Origin: an uncultured Planctomycetia bacterium
Lineage (GTDB): Bacteria > Omnitrophota > Gorgyraeia > 1-14-0-20-64-10
Reading direction: 5' to 3'
NCBI GenBank assembly: GCA_964597545.1
Contig: CAZQXN010000008.1
Span: 733 to 64,732, forward strand
Length of the DNA: 64,000 bases
The translations under genes were made by a program, and so were the position numbers. Positions 27,682-40,175 of this stretch are shown here, piece by piece. A model generated the notes under the pieces. That model saw nothing but the letters and a program-made list of their open reading frames with translations. It was not told where the DNA came from and made no database searches. Numbering within the stretch: position 1 is the first letter of the stretch; the number at the start of each line of letters is the position of its first letter.

Positions 27682-28622
27682 TGATGCGGCTTGAGAAAAA
27701 CACCATCACACCCTTGTTGACCGCTGCCCTCAAAGAGGATGTGGGGTCTCGAGATGTCACCACGGCTGCCTTGGTTTTGAGAACCGACCAGACCCGGGGT
27801 GATGTGGTGGTTCGTGAAAAAGGGGTTGTAGCAGGGCTGCCGGTTGCCGAATGGGTCTTTGGTTTGGTGGATCCCAAGATTCGCTTTAAGGCCCTGGTGC
27901 AGGATGGCCAGACGGTTTTCCCCAACAAGGCGGTGGCCTTTGTGGAGGGACCTGCCCGGGGAATCTTGGCGGCTGAGCGGGTGGCACTAAATCTCTTAGG
28001 AAGGCTTTCCGGCATCGCCACCTTAACCCGCGCCTTCGTCAATCAGGCCAAGGGAACTGATGCTCAGATTCTAGATACCCGAAAGACCACACCCGGACTG
28101 CGTTTGCTGGAACGGTATGCTGTGTCAGCCGGAGGGGGCGTGAATCACCGGATGAATCTGGGTGCCGCAGTGCTGATCAAAGACAATCACTTAAGACTTG
28201 TTGCACGCCGCAAGCCGGCAAGCACTACCTTCGCTGCCGGGAAGAAGACAAAGATCGGGCCTTCGGCGATTGAGCAGGCAGTCGCGCTTGCTCGAGAGAA
28301 GACACCCAAACAAATGTTTATCGAGGTGGAGGTCGTCTCTCTGAAAGAGTTTCGGCAGGCCCTCGCAGCCCAGCCGAATGCCATCCTTCTGGACAACATG
28401 AAGTTGGCCGAGATTCAGGAGGGGGTTCGTCTTTGCCGTGCTGTGGGCCGCTCCAAAAGCTCCGGCCCAAGAGGACGCCGGGTGATCCTGGAAGTCTCCG
28501 GCGGCGTCACCCTTAACAACGTCAAGGCAGTAGCCGCCACAGGGGTCGACCGGATTTCTGTGGGGGCTTTAACCCATTCAGCCAGAAGCCTGAATGTTGC
28601 ATTGGAGTGCATGGACCGATGA
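27678..28622 (+). CDS. nadC: nicotinate-nucleotide pyrophosphorylase (quinolinate phosphoribosyltransferase)
   Basis: QPRTase type II fold; LLDNM...; 314 aa. Confidence 0.85.
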   Translation: MMMRLEKNTITPLLTAALKEDVGSRDVTTAALVLRTDQTRGDVVVREKGVVAGLPVAEWVFGLVDPKIRFKALVQDGQTVFPNKAVAFVEGPARGILAAERVALNLLGRLSGIATLTRAFVNQAKGTDAQILDTRKTTPGLRLLERYAVSAGGGVNHRMNLGAAVLIKDNHLRLVARRKPASTTFAAGKKTKIGPSAIEQAVALAREKTPKQMFIEVEVVSLKEFRQALAAQPNAILLDNMKLAEIQEGVRLCRAVGRSKSSGPRGRRVILEVSGGVTLNNVKAVAATGVDRISVGALTHSARSLNVALECMDR

Positions 28623-28909
28623 TCAAACTGGGAATCTACTTCCTTGCTGTGGGATTGATTGTCTTGGGGTCTCTTGGTTTTATCGCTGCCTTAACGATCA
28701 AGGGAAGGGTTCGGGTTGTTCTGGCATGCCTGATGGCGGCAGTCCCGATCCTTGCCGGCATTCTGCTTTTTCATAACGCCAGGATTCGACCAAGGGATTT
28801 AAGCCGTCTGGTCCGGACGACCACCCAAGATGTCAAAGCGCTGACACAAGACATTAAGGATGCTCGGGATGTCCGCAGCCAGCTTGGGGGAATCCTAGAA
28901 CGGAAGTGA
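28619..28909 (+). CDS. small 2-TM membrane protein, unknown function
   Basis: [25 protein letters not shown] and [19 protein letters not shown] helices; ATGA overlap with the nadC stop. Confidence 0.5.
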   Translation: MIKLGIYFLAVGLIVLGSLGFIAALTIKGRVRVVLACLMAAVPILAGILLFHNARIRPRDLSRLVRTTTQDVKALTQDIKDARDVRSQLGGILERK

Positions 28910-30957
28910 CCGGATTCAAGCTGGTCAGCGACATGGTCCCCAAGGGGGACCAGCCCAAAGCCATCGAAGCCCTGACAGCCGGTATCCGGCAGGGGAAGCG
29001 ATTCCAGACCCTCTTGGGGGCAACCGGCACCGGCAAGACTTTCACGGCAGCGCGGGTCATTGCTGCGATCAACAAACCCACCCTGGTGATCTCCCACAAC
29101 AAAACGCTGGCGGCCCAGCTCTACAGCGAGCTTAAAAGCTTCTTTCCAGAGAATGCCGTCGAGTACTTTGTCAGCTACTACGACTATTACCAGCCCGAGG
29201 CTTACATCCCTCAGACCGACACCTACATCGAGAAGGATGCCTCCATCAACGATCGGCTGGACCGTCTACGCTTGGCTGCCACGACATCGCTTCACTCCCG
29301 CAAGGATGTCGTGATTGTGGCCTCGGTCTCGTGCATCTACAACCTGGGGGATCCTGCGGAGTATAGGGACCTCCTCCTCTTTTTTGAGAGCGGCCAGGAG
29401 ATTCCTCGCGGCGAGCTGCTTCGGCGCTTGGTGGCCCTGCTCTATGAGCGCAACGACATTGATTTTACCCGGGGCCGCTTCAGGGTTCGAGGGGAGACGA
29501 TCGAAATCTTTCCTGCCTACGAAGAGAAGCCGATGCGCCTGGAGATGTTCGGGGATAAGATTGAGCGCATCTCGATTGTCCATCCGGCAACCGGCGAGGT
29601 GCTGCAGCGTTTGGATCGTTTTGCCCTGTATCCGGCAAAGCATTTCATTACCACGGCCGAGTGCATTGAGCGTGCGGGCAGCACCATTGAGGGGGAGCTG
29701 GCCGAGTGCCTTAAAGCGCTCAAGGCCAAAGGCAAACTCCTCGAGGCGCAGCGGTTGGAGCAGAGAACCCATTATGATTTGGAGATGATGCGGGAGGTCG
29801 GCTACTGCCATGGAATTGAGAATTATTCCCGCGCCCTCTCCGGCCGGCCCCCGGGGTCTCGTCCCTGGTGCCTGCTGGATTATTTTCCGGATGATTTTTT
29901 GACCCTCATCGACGAATCCCATGTCACCCTTCCGCAGCTGAAGGGCATGTTCGAGGGGGATCGGGCCCGGAAGCGGGTCTTGGTGGATTTTGGGTTTAGG
30001 CTTCCTTCCTGCCTGGACAACCGGCCGCTGACCTTTCAGGAGTTTGAGAAGATCACCCAGCAGACCCTCTTTGTCTCGGCAACGCCCGGACCGTATGAAT
30101 TGAGGGCCACCGGCGGCGCCGTGGTTGAGCAGGTGATTCGCCCCACCGGACTTGTGGACCCTGAGATCGAAGTGCGGCCCATCGCAGGGCAGGTGGATGA
30201 TCTGATTCATGAGGTGAAGCAGCGCGCCCAGCGCGGGGAGCGGGCGTTGGTGACGACGTTGACCAAGCGGATGGCAGAGGATTTGTCCAGCTACCTCAAG
30301 GAGACAGGTTTGCGCGTGACCTACATCCACTCTGATCTGGATGCCTTTGAGCGGGTGGAGGTATTGCGCAATTTGCGTTTGGGCACCTTTGATTGCGTGG
30401 TGGGGATCAACCTCCTTCGAGAGGGGCTTGATCTGCCTGAGGTCTCCCTGGTGCTGGTGTTGGATGCCGACAAGGAGGGGTTCTTAAGATCTGCCACCAC
30501 CCTGATCCAGGTTTCAGGGCGGGCGGCCCGGCACCTTCACAGCAGGGTGATCTTGTACGCCGATACCATCACCAACTCCATGCGGCAGGCGATGCAGGAG
30601 ACTGACCGGCGCAGAGCGGTTCAGCTGGCCTACAACCAAGAACACAAGATTACTCCCCGTTCTGTTGAGAAGGCCATCCGAGAGGGAATCGAGGCGGTTT
30701 CCCAGGAGGAGGCCGAAGAGCAGGTGCGTTCTGCCGCGGGCCTGGATCCGGATCAGTTTGATTTGGAGCAGGTGGTTGCAGAGCTGGAAGAGGAGATGGA
30801 GCTGGCTGCTCGGAATCTTCAGTTTGAACGGGCCGCAGCGCTGCGGGATCAGATGACAGCGCTCAAGGACAAAGGGGTGGCAGCGTTGGCCGATGCCAAA
30901 CCCAAACCCGAGCGGCGGCGCAAGGGCAAACGATGGAAGCCCCCCCGGCATGGATGA
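28906..30957 (+). CDS. uvrB: excinuclease ABC subunit B
   Basis: [30 protein letters not shown] Walker A, beta-hairpin and UVR C-terminal domain; 683 aa. Confidence 0.95.
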   Translation: MTGFKLVSDMVPKGDQPKAIEALTAGIRQGKRFQTLLGATGTGKTFTAARVIAAINKPTLVISHNKTLAAQLYSELKSFFPENAVEYFVSYYDYYQPEAYIPQTDTYIEKDASINDRLDRLRLAATTSLHSRKDVVIVASVSCIYNLGDPAEYRDLLLFFESGQEIPRGELLRRLVALLYERNDIDFTRGRFRVRGETIEIFPAYEEKPMRLEMFGDKIERISIVHPATGEVLQRLDRFALYPAKHFITTAECIERAGSTIEGELAECLKALKAKGKLLEAQRLEQRTHYDLEMMREVGYCHGIENYSRALSGRPPGSRPWCLLDYFPDDFLTLIDESHVTLPQLKGMFEGDRARKRVLVDFGFRLPSCLDNRPLTFQEFEKITQQTLFVSATPGPYELRATGGAVVEQVIRPTGLVDPEIEVRPIAGQVDDLIHEVKQRAQRGERALVTTLTKRMAEDLSSYLKETGLRVTYIHSDLDAFERVEVLRNLRLGTFDCVVGINLLREGLDLPEVSLVLVLDADKEGFLRSATTLIQVSGRAARHLHSRVILYADTITNSMRQAMQETDRRRAVQLAYNQEHKITPRSVEKAIREGIEAVSQEEAEEQVRSAAGLDPDQFDLEQVVAELEEEMELAARNLQFERAAALRDQMTALKDKGVAALADAKPKPERRRKGKRWKPPRHG

Positions 30958-31909
30958 AGCGATCCTTGCCGCACTGCGTGCCAGGCCCGGCGCATTCGTC
31001 TCCGGTGAAGAGCTTTCCCGTTTGGCCGGGGTCAGCCGTACCGCCATCTGGAAGGGGGTCGAGAAGCTCCGCTCGGAGGGGTACAAGATCCTGGCTCAAC
31101 CCCACACCGGATACCAATTGGTAACAGCTCCGGATCGGCTGATTCCTCAGGAGATCCGATGGGGTCTGAGGACGCGGCGCCTGGGCAGGCGGATCCATGC
31201 CTATGCCACCACCGATTCCACGATGGATGTGGCGCATCAGCTGGCCGCTGCCGGAGAACCAGAAGGAACTGTGGTGGTGGCGGAAGGCCAAAGAAAGGGG
31301 CGGGGGCGGATGAGTCGCAACTGGGTTTCTCCTAAGGGCAAAGGGATTTATCTCTCCCTGATTCTGCGCCCTCCGCTGAAATTAACCGAGGTGCCGCAAA
31401 TTACCTTGATGGCAGCGGTGGCTGTGGCCCGCGCCATTCACACGACCATTGGCATCAAACCTCAGATCAAGTGGCCCAACGATATCTTGATGGGGAACAA
31501 AAAGGTAGCCGGCATCTTAACTGAGCTCAATGCCGAGCTCAATCGTCTCAACCACTGTGTGATCGGAATTGGCCTCAATGCCAACGGTTCCGGCGCGCAC
31601 CTGCCGGCTCACGCCACCTCTTTGTCTAAGGTGATGGGGGCCAGGGTAGACCGGGTGGCGTTGGTTCGTACACTGCTGACCCAGCTGGAGAAAAGTTATT
31701 TTGAACTCTTGAGTTCCGGGCTCGCCCCTATCTTGGAAGGGTGGCGCGCTTTTGCCAATTTCTTGGGATCTCACGTAAGGGTAGAGGTGCGGGGTAGAAC
31801 GGTCGATGGACAGGCGGTCGACCTGGATGAAACCGGAGCCCTTTTGGTTCGGACCGATACCGGTTTTGTGGAACCGATCTCCGCCGGGGACGTCCTCGTG
31901 GTGCGATAA
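30950..31909 (+). CDS. birA: bifunctional biotin--[acetyl-CoA-carboxylase] ligase / BirA repressor
   Basis: N-terminal HTH ([23 protein letters not shown]), [12 protein letters not shown] biotin-ligase motif, C-terminal SH3-like domain. Confidence 0.85.
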   Translation: MDEAILAALRARPGAFVSGEELSRLAGVSRTAIWKGVEKLRSEGYKILAQPHTGYQLVTAPDRLIPQEIRWGLRTRRLGRRIHAYATTDSTMDVAHQLAAAGEPEGTVVVAEGQRKGRGRMSRNWVSPKGKGIYLSLILRPPLKLTEVPQITLMAAVAVARAIHTTIGIKPQIKWPNDILMGNKKVAGILTELNAELNRLNHCVIGIGLNANGSGAHLPAHATSLSKVMGARVDRVALVRTLLTQLEKSYFELLSSGLAPILEGWRAFANFLGSHVRVEVRGRTVDGQAVDLDETGALLVRTDTGFVEPISAGDVLVVR

Positions 31910-31929
31910 CATGGTAAGGTAATAGCTCC

Positions 31930-33033
31930 ATGCGATTACACCGATTCCTAAAAATCATGACAGCAGCGACCCTGCTTTTGACCGCGGCTGCTTCCTCCGG
32001 TGCCCAGGAGGAAAGGCCGGTTTTACTCTTGGAGCTGCGCGGGTTCATTGATCCGGCCGCGGCCCGATATGTTGCGCGAGGACTTGAAGCTGCCCAGGCG
32101 TTGGAGGCCTCTGCGGTCGTCATTGAGCTGGATTCGCCGGGTGGGCTCAAGAGCACCACCCAGAAGGTCATCCAGGAGATCTTAGATTCCTCTGTTCCGG
32201 TGGTGGTCTTCGTTACACCCACCGGCGCTCAGGCCGGTTCCATCAGCACCTTTATCCCTCTGGCGGCCCATGTGGCAGCGATGGCGCCTGGAACCTTCAT
32301 TGGGGCGATGGATTCTTCTCCTCCTGTCCAAAAGCCAGACAGCCTTCATGGGACTGACCTGTGTGCGTCAGAGGTCTTTCGCTCGGTGGCTGAGTCTCGA
32401 GGACGGTATTTCACTTGGGGGCAAACCCTATTGCGCCAGCGACACTTGGCCAGCGCCGAAGAGGCCTGGAGTGACGAGGCCATTGATCTGATTGTCCAGG
32501 ACCCAGAGAGGCTCTTCCGGGAGCTGGAGGGCAAAGAGGTCAAAACGGTTCTTGGCAATGTTCCGCTCTTTTTTCGGGGTCGTCCGAGATTCACGTTTGC
32601 TTGGTCGCGCTTAGAGCGCGTTCTCCACCGGCTGTCCCATCCGGTTCTGGCCTACCTCTTACTGTTGGCGGGCATCTGTTTGTTGAATATAGAACTGAGT
32701 GCTCCCAGAACCCTTTGGATCGGCTTCATGGGTGTGGTAATCTTGCTCCTTGCCTTGAGTATCCTGATGGCTTTAGGGGCCCACTGGGTTGGGCTTTTTC
32801 TGATCCTGCTCGCAAACCTCTTCCTCATTGCTGACCAGAAACTCCCGACTTTGAAGCTTTTGACCGCAGCAGGGTTGGCGGCCTTTGCATTCGGCTCCCT
32901 GAAGCTGTTTCCGGCGGGGCGTGCCATCGGATTTTCCCTTTCCGTCGAACTGGTAGTCGCAGCAACGGTAGGGGTGGCGGTCTTTTTCCTTCTGTTTGTG
33001 CAGGGCCGCATCAACCGGAAGGCCTCCTCATGA
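31930..33033 (+). CDS. NfeD-like membrane-bound serine protease (ClpP-class)
   Basis: signal peptide; IELDSPGGL (ClpP-like Ser region); C-terminal multi-TM segment; 367 aa. Confidence 0.7.
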   Translation: MRLHRFLKIMTAATLLLTAAASSGAQEERPVLLLELRGFIDPAAARYVARGLEAAQALEASAVVIELDSPGGLKSTTQKVIQEILDSSVPVVVFVTPTGAQAGSISTFIPLAAHVAAMAPGTFIGAMDSSPPVQKPDSLHGTDLCASEVFRSVAESRGRYFTWGQTLLRQRHLASAEEAWSDEAIDLIVQDPERLFRELEGKEVKTVLGNVPLFFRGRPRFTFAWSRLERVLHRLSHPVLAYLLLLAGICLLNIELSAPRTLWIGFMGVVILLLALSILMALGAHWVGLFLILLANLFLIADQKLPTLKLLTAAGLAAFAFGSLKLFPAGRAIGFSLSVELVVAATVGVAVFFLLFVQGRINRKASS

Positions 33034-33506
33034 ACATCCTCAAGATCTGCACCGTCGTCTCCCTGGCGGTTTGGGTGGGGGGGTTCATCTTCTTCTCCGG
33101 GGTGATGGCCCCAGTTCTCTTGCGCCGCTTGGGCCAGGAAGAGGCCGAACGGATTCTGGATATTCTTTCTGCTGGGGTGGACCGTTGGACCTTGGTGTGG
33201 TCCACAGTAGCCGCGGGGATGATAGGGCTTCACTTCATGGACAGGCATTTCGCACTGCGCTCACTGGTGCTGGAGCTGCCTATCTTAGGGATGCTGCTGC
33301 TGACGTGGTACCGCGGTTGGATCCTCCATCCGCAGTTGCGGGATCTCAAGCGTCGGTTAAAACTGCCTCAGTTTCAGGGGACTGCGCATTTAGAAACGGT
33401 CCGGTTTTCTTGTAAACGGCTTGAACGCCGGTCCAAGCAGTCGACCACCGCCATTGTCTTCTTAGGCCTCTTTTCTCTGGGGCTGATTCCAGGTTTTCTC
33501 ACATGA
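33030..33506 (+). CDS. membrane protein, unknown function (DUF4149-like pattern)
   Basis: 4 predicted TM helices; 158 aa; overlaps neighbours. Confidence 0.45.
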   Translation: MNILKICTVVSLAVWVGGFIFFSGVMAPVLLRRLGQEEAERILDILSAGVDRWTLVWSTVAAGMIGLHFMDRHFALRSLVLELPILGMLLLTWYRGWILHPQLRDLKRRLKLPQFQGTAHLETVRFSCKRLERRSKQSTTAIVFLGLFSLGLIPGFLT

Positions 33507-34291
33507 GAGACCCTAAAGCTCACCTGCTCTTGGCCCTTGATGTTGGCAACACCAACACCACCTTAGGGCTTTTTCGTGGCAAGCGTTTGATTGCGCACGG
33601 GAAGATGGCGACCGCCGAAATCTCCATGCGCAGACAACTCAAACGAGAGGTTCAGCGATTGCAGCGCTCCTGCCGCGGCCCCATTACAGCGGTAATCTTC
33701 TCAAGCGTGGTGCCCAAAGCAACGGCTCCGCTGAAGCGCTCCTTAAAGGCCCTTCTGCGCCTACGCCCCTGGGTGCTGGGCGAGAATGTATCGGCCCCGG
33801 TCCTCAATCGGTACCGGATTCCTTCTCAGGTAGGGCAGGATCGTCTTTGCAATGCAGCGGCTGCTTTTGAGCGGCATGGGGGGCCGGTGATTGTGGTTGA
33901 TTTTGGAACTGCGGTGACCATCGATCTGGTATCGGCGCGCCGTGAGTATCTAGGAGGTGTTATTGTCCCTGGCATGGAGATGGCTTTGGCGGCTTTAACG
34001 GACAAAGCAGCCCTTCTTCCACGCATTAAGCTTAAGCCCCCCCGGCGTCTTTTAGGGCGGGATACGGTAAGCTCAATCCAATCTGGTATCTTCTTTGGTT
34101 ACAGTGGGTTATGTGACGGGATCATTCAACGGCTTAAAGGTGGGGTTGCCAAATCAGCCAAGGTGATAGGAACCGGCGGCAATGCCGCCCTCATTGCCCC
34201 CTATTGCACTTCTGTTCATATCGTGAACCAGCACCTAACCCTTCAGGGGCTGGAACTTACTTACCGCCAGCTTACCCTAAAAAAGAGTTGA
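33503..34291 (+). CDS. coaX: type III pantothenate kinase
   Basis: LLALDVGNTNTTLGLF N-terminus, IVVDFGTAVTIDLV, GTGG motif. Confidence 0.9.
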   Translation: MRDPKAHLLLALDVGNTNTTLGLFRGKRLIAHGKMATAEISMRRQLKREVQRLQRSCRGPITAVIFSSVVPKATAPLKRSLKALLRLRPWVLGENVSAPVLNRYRIPSQVGQDRLCNAAAAFERHGGPVIVVDFGTAVTIDLVSARREYLGGVIVPGMEMALAALTDKAALLPRIKLKPPRRLLGRDTVSSIQSGIFFGYSGLCDGIIQRLKGGVAKSAKVIGTGGNAALIAPYCTSVHIVNQHLTLQGLELTYRQLTLKKS

Positions 34292-34316
34292 CATTCCCCA
34301 GAAATCCTGTATCATA
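34289..34316 (+). promoter_or_regulatory. sigma-70-type promoter for groES-groEL (TTGACA-16/17-TATCAT)
   Basis: ttgacattccccagaaatcctgtatcat directly upstream of the CIRCE-like element. Confidence 0.55.
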
Positions 34317-34325
34317 GCCCTGTTT

Positions 34326-34352
34326 TTAGCACTCTGAGGGAACGGCTGCTAA
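34326..34352 (+). promoter_or_regulatory. CIRCE-like HrcA operator (TTAGCACTC-N9-GGCTGCTAA)
   Basis: ttagcactc tgagggaac ggctgctaa; left half is perfect CIRCE, right half has 2 mismatches to GAGTGCTAA; upstream of groES. Confidence 0.65.
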
Positions 34353-34471
34353 TTTTCCGCATTTTTGGTTCGCCTCGAGTCATATTCCGCTGAAGTGACA
34401 GCATCTCTGCTGATTTGCCCGGCGGACAGCTTTTCGCACACATCTGTTCTATTGCACAACAGGAGGGTTCA

Positions 34472-34762
34472 ATGGCCATTCAGCCGCTGGGTGATCGGAT
34501 TCTGATTCAACTATTAGAGGAAGAGGAGAAATCCCCGGGTGGGATTATCCTCCCGGATACCGCCAAGGAAAAGCCCCAAGAGGGCAAGGTGGTTGCGGTG
34601 GGCAAGGGCAAGCTGTTGGAAGACGGCACCCTCAGGCCCTTGGAGGTCAAGGTAGGAGATACGATCCTCTTTGCCAAGTATTCCGGCACAGAGGTCGCCC
34701 ACCAGGACGAGGACTTTATGATTCTTCGTGAAGAGGAGATCTTGGCGGTTCGCAACAAGTAA
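34472..34762 (+). CDS. groES: co-chaperonin GroES (copy 1)
   Basis: [13 protein letters not shown]...[22 protein letters not shown]...[14 protein letters not shown]; AGGAGGG RBS. Confidence 0.95.
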   Translation: MAIQPLGDRILIQLLEEEEKSPGGIILPDTAKEKPQEGKVVAVGKGKLLEDGTLRPLEVKVGDTILFAKYSGTEVAHQDEDFMILREEEILAVRNK

Positions 34763-34780
34763 GCCAAGACAAACGCTTAA

Positions 34781-36439
<1,659 letters not shown>

Positions 36440-36453
36440 TCTGGAGGTGAGAG

Positions 36454-36741
36454 ATGAAGCTAAAGCCTCTGGGTGACAAGATCATCGTCGAACTCCTCGA
36501 AGAGCAGGAGAAAACCAAGGGAGGGATCATCCTTCCGGACAGCGCCAAAGAGAAACCTCAAGAGGCGAAGGTCCGGGCGGTAGGCTCCGGCAAAACCCTG
36601 GCCAACGGTAAGGTGGTAGCGCCCGAGGTCAAGTCCGGGGATACGATCCTCTTTGCTAAGTATTCCGGCAGCGAGGTCAAGGTCGGCGATAAGGAGTATC
36701 TGATCTTCGGTCAGGATGACATTCTGGCCGTGATCAAGTGA
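36454..36741 (+). CDS. groES: co-chaperonin GroES (copy 2, paralog downstream of groEL)
   Basis: MKLKPLGDKIIVELLEEQEKTKGGIILPDSAKEKPQEAKVRAVG...[14 protein letters not shown]; 14 bp after the groEL stop. Confidence 0.9.
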   Translation: MKLKPLGDKIIVELLEEQEKTKGGIILPDSAKEKPQEAKVRAVGSGKTLANGKVVAPEVKSGDTILFAKYSGSEVKVGDKEYLIFGQDDILAVIK

Positions 36742-36988
36742 CATCACCCCTCGCGGGGTGAGCACCGCGCTTCCGTACGACGGCATTGCACCTGGCCTCT
36801 GGGGTATTGACGCCTCAGAGGCCTGTGTGCTACAACATAGTATGGAATTTAGGACTCCCCGAAATACCCCACATCTGGCAATATCCTTCGTATGTCCTCT
36901 GGGATCTCGCATGCCCTCTTTTCCTGTGCACACACACTCTACACCACTGGTATCGGGCGCCCTCCGGGTGCCGGATGCCGTATCCTCT

Positions 36989-38159
36989 AGGAGACAAGAT
37001 GGGAGAGTTCATCGGTCGCGGGCGTAAAGCACGCCGTTGTTACGGATTTGATGAAATTGCTTTAGTACCGGGCGCAGTAACGGTTAATCCCAACGACGTA
37101 GATCCCTCCTGGAAGCTTAACGGCCAGCGCTACCGGGTCCCCATCTTGGCCAGCGCCATGGATGGGGTGGCCGATGTGAAGTTCGCCATTGCATTCGGCA
37201 AGCTGGGGGGGTTGGCGGTGCTGAACCTCGAAGGGATCCAAACCCGCTACGAGAATCCGGAAGAGATCTTAGCCAAGATTGTTCGAGCCAAGGGGGACGC
37301 GTCCACCAAGCTGTTGCAGTCGGCCTACAAAGAACCGGTTAAGAGGAAACTGATCGCAAAGCGGATTGGCGAGATCAAAAAGGGCAAGGCCCCCGCGGCA
37401 GTTTCTGCCATTCCACAGCAGGCCGGCGCCTTCGGACCGGTGGCGCAGGAGGCGGGTGCCGATGTCTTCGTGGTGCAGTCCACCGTTTCTACGGTGCGGC
37501 ACATCTCCTCCCAGTATCAGTCCCTGGACTTGAAGAAGTTTTGCAAGGGGATGAAAATTCCGGTCATTGTCGGCAACTGTGTCACTTACAACGTGGCCCT
37601 CGCCTTGATGGAATGCGGCCCTGCCGGTGTCTTGGTGGGGATCGGCCCGGGGGCGGCTTGCACGACCCGCGGGGTGCTGGGGATCGGCATCCCCCAGGTC
37701 ACTGCCACGGTGGACTGCGCGGCAGCCCGGGATTTCTATCACAAGAAGACCGGCCGCTATGTCCCGATCATTACCGACGGCGGCATGCGGACCGGCGGAG
37801 ATGTCTGCAAGGCCTTGGCCGCAGGCTCTGATGCGGTGATGTTGGGCTCTCCCTTTGCCAAGGCCAAGGAGGCTCCGGGCAAGGGATACCACTGGGGCAT
37901 GGCCACCCCGCACGCCAATCTGCCGCGAGGCACCCGGATTCACGTTGGCGTGGCCGGCACGATTGAAGAGATCCTCTTTGGTCCGGCCCAGATAGACGAC
38001 GGCACGCAAAATCTGATGGGGGCGATTACCACCTCCATGGGCTCTGTGGGGGCGAGAAACCTGAAGGAGTTTCAGCTCACCGAGATTATCATTGCCCCCT
38101 CCATTCAAACCGAAGGCAAACTCGCTCAGCGCACGCAGCGCGTAGGCATGGGCAAGTGA
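36989..38159 (+). CDS. IMP dehydrogenase-family protein lacking the CBS subdomain (GuaB3-like)
   Basis: GFDEIALVPG, GIGPGAACTTR catalytic-Cys loop, ~390 aa with no CBS pair; directly upstream of guaA. Confidence 0.7.
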
Positions 38160-38168
38160 CGGCGAAGC

Positions 38169-38220
38169 CGTCATCCTCGTGACAACGAGGATCAGATCCC
38201 CGCTTTCGCGGGGATGACAT
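38169..38220. repeat. palindromic repeat family B copy
   Basis: cgtcatcctcgtgacaacgaggatcagatccccgctttcgcggggatgacat; intergenic between the guaB3-like gene and guaA. Confidence 0.75.
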
Positions 38221-38230
38221 AAGGGTATCC

Positions 38231-39778
38231 ATGACGGAAGCACCGGAAAAAGTACTGATTCTTGATTTCGGTTCGCAGTACGCGCAGTTGATTGCCCGCC
38301 GCGTGCGGGAATTGAATGTTTTCTCCAAGATTGTTTCCCACGATATCTCTCCGGAAGCCATTTCCCAGGAGAAGCCTAAGGGGATCATTCTTTCCGGAGG
38401 GCCGGCTTCGGTTTGGGCGAAGGGCGCACCGATGCCTCACCCGGACATCTTCAAATCCGCCATCCCGACCTTGGGGATTTGCTATGGGATGCAGCTGATG
38501 GGCAAGCTCCTAGGCGGCGAGGTGTCCAAGGCGGCCAACCGGGAATTTGGAAAGGCTGATTTGGCGGTGGATGTTGAGGCCGGTCTTTTTAACCAGCTGC
38601 CCAAGAGCTTGGTCTCCTGGATGAGTCACGGCGATTTTGTGATGACCCCTCCGGCCAGTTTTTCGGCCATTGCCCATACCGACAACACCCCGATTGCGGC
38701 GATGGCCAACCTTGACACCCATCAGTATGGTGTGCAGTTCCATCCCGAGGTCACACATACCCCGAACGGCAAAGCGATCCTGAAGAACTTCCTCTACAAG
38801 GTGTGCAGCTGCCAGGGCACCTGGTCCAATGAGCGGTTTGTCGAGTCTTCCCTCCAGGAGCTGCGCCAGCAAATAGGTTGCGCCCAGGTGGTGCTGGGTC
38901 TTTCCGGCGGGGTGGACTCCTCTGTTGCGGCCGTGCTCCTGCACCGGGCAATTGGGGATCGGCTCATCCCCATCTTCATTGACACCGGACTCTTGCGCAA
39001 GAATGAGAAGTTCCAAGTGGTTGAAATGTTCAAGGGAGAGCTTAAGCTCCCGCTTAAAGTGGTGAATGCCGAGAGTCGTTTCTTGGAGGCCCTTTCCGGT
39101 GTTACGGATCCAGAGGTCAAGCGCAAGCGAATCGGCCACCTCTTTATCGAATGCTTTGAGGCCGAGGCCCGAAAATACCCCAATGTCCAGTTTTTGGGAC
39201 AGGGAACTTTGTACCCGGATGTGATTGAGTCCAGCGCTCCCAACGGCGGTCCGTCGGCCACCATCAAGACCCATCACAACGTCGGTGGATTGCCCGAGCG
39301 CATGAGCTTGAAGCTTGTTGAACCGCTCCGGCTCCTCTTTAAAGACGAGGTTCGAGCTGTCGGCAGGGTGCTGGAGATCCCAGGGATCATCTTGGGCCGA
39401 CACCCCTTCCCAGGACCGGGTTTGGCAGTTCGGATCTTGGGGGAGGTGACCCGGGAGCGGTTGGATCTCTTACGGGAAGCCGATCGACGTTTCATTGAAG
39501 AGCTTCAATCGCAGGGGTGGTACGATAAGGTTTGGCAGGCCTTTGCGGTGCTGCTGCCCCTGAAAACCGTCGGGGTCATGGGGGATGAGCGGACCTATGA
39601 GAACATTGTGGTCCTGCGGGCAGTGGCAAGCGCTGACGGCATGACCGCTGATTGGTCCCGCCTGCCTGAGGCTTTACTGGAAAAGGTGTCCAACCGGATC
39701 GTCAACGAAGTGCTGGGGGTCAACCGCGTGGTTTATGATGTCACCTCCAAGCCCCCCGGGACGATCGAATGGGAATAA
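38231..39778 (+). CDS. guaA: GMP synthase (glutamine-hydrolysing)
   Basis: class I GATase domain (GICYGMQ catalytic Cys), SGGVDSSV PP-loop, C-terminal dimerisation domain; 515 aa. Confidence 0.95.
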   Translation: MTEAPEKVLILDFGSQYAQLIARRVRELNVFSKIVSHDISPEAISQEKPKGIILSGGPASVWAKGAPMPHPDIFKSAIPTLGICYGMQLMGKLLGGEVSKAANREFGKADLAVDVEAGLFNQLPKSLVSWMSHGDFVMTPPASFSAIAHTDNTPIAAMANLDTHQYGVQFHPEVTHTPNGKAILKNFLYKVCSCQGTWSNERFVESSLQELRQQIGCAQVVLGLSGGVDSSVAAVLLHRAIGDRLIPIFIDTGLLRKNEKFQVVEMFKGELKLPLKVVNAESRFLEALSGVTDPEVKRKRIGHLFIECFEAEARKYPNVQFLGQGTLYPDVIESSAPNGGPSATIKTHHNVGGLPERMSLKLVEPLRLLFKDEVRAVGRVLEIPGIILGRHPFPGPGLAVRILGEVTRERLDLLREADRRFIEELQSQGWYDKVWQAFAVLLPLKTVGVMGDERTYENIVVLRAVASADGMTADWSRLPEALLEKVSNRIVNEVLGVNRVVYDVTSKPPGTIEWE

Positions 39779-39785
39779 AGGGTCT

Positions 39786-39812
39786 GTACGAAAGGGTCTG
39801 ACCCCTACGTAC
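39786..39812. repeat. palindromic repeat family A copy
   Basis: gtacgaaagggtctgacccctacgtac; intergenic after guaA. Confidence 0.7.
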
Positions 39813-39831
39813 ATTGGAGAGGAGGGAAGAG

Positions 39832-40086
39832 ATGCACAGCTTGGCGTGGCTTTTGATTACCATTGCAGTAGGTTACTGGGTCTTGATTGTTGCCTCCAAG
39901 GAGAAGGGGGGCTTAAAGAAGCTGGGCAAGGTGCTGGGGATTGTGATCATTGTCTTAAGCTTTCTGGGTGTGGGCTGCAAGCTGTACTACAAGTGCAGCG
40001 GCACGGGATACTTCGGCAAGGGGATGGGTTTCAAGTGCCCCATCAGCCAAAGGGCCGCAGCAACCCCTTCAGTTCCAACTCGATAG
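39832..40086 (+). CDS. small 2-TM membrane protein, unknown function
   Basis: MHSLAWLLITIAVGYWVLIV and LGIVIIVLSFLGVG helices; GGAGG RBS 8 nt upstream of ATG 39832. Confidence 0.5.
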   Translation: MHSLAWLLITIAVGYWVLIVASKEKGGLKKLGKVLGIVIIVLSFLGVGCKLYYKCSGTGYFGKGMGFKCPISQRAAATPSVPTR

Positions 40087-40175
40087 TACCGTTTCACACT
40101 CAGCCAACGCTGCAGCGCAGGCGGGCATAGACCCGCCTGCGGAGGCGGCATTTAACTTCAGGTCCAACCATCACC

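Noticed and set aside
29266-30330. 354-aa minus-strand ORF
   Set aside because: It is antisense to uvrB with no recognisable motifs, a high-GC frame artefact.
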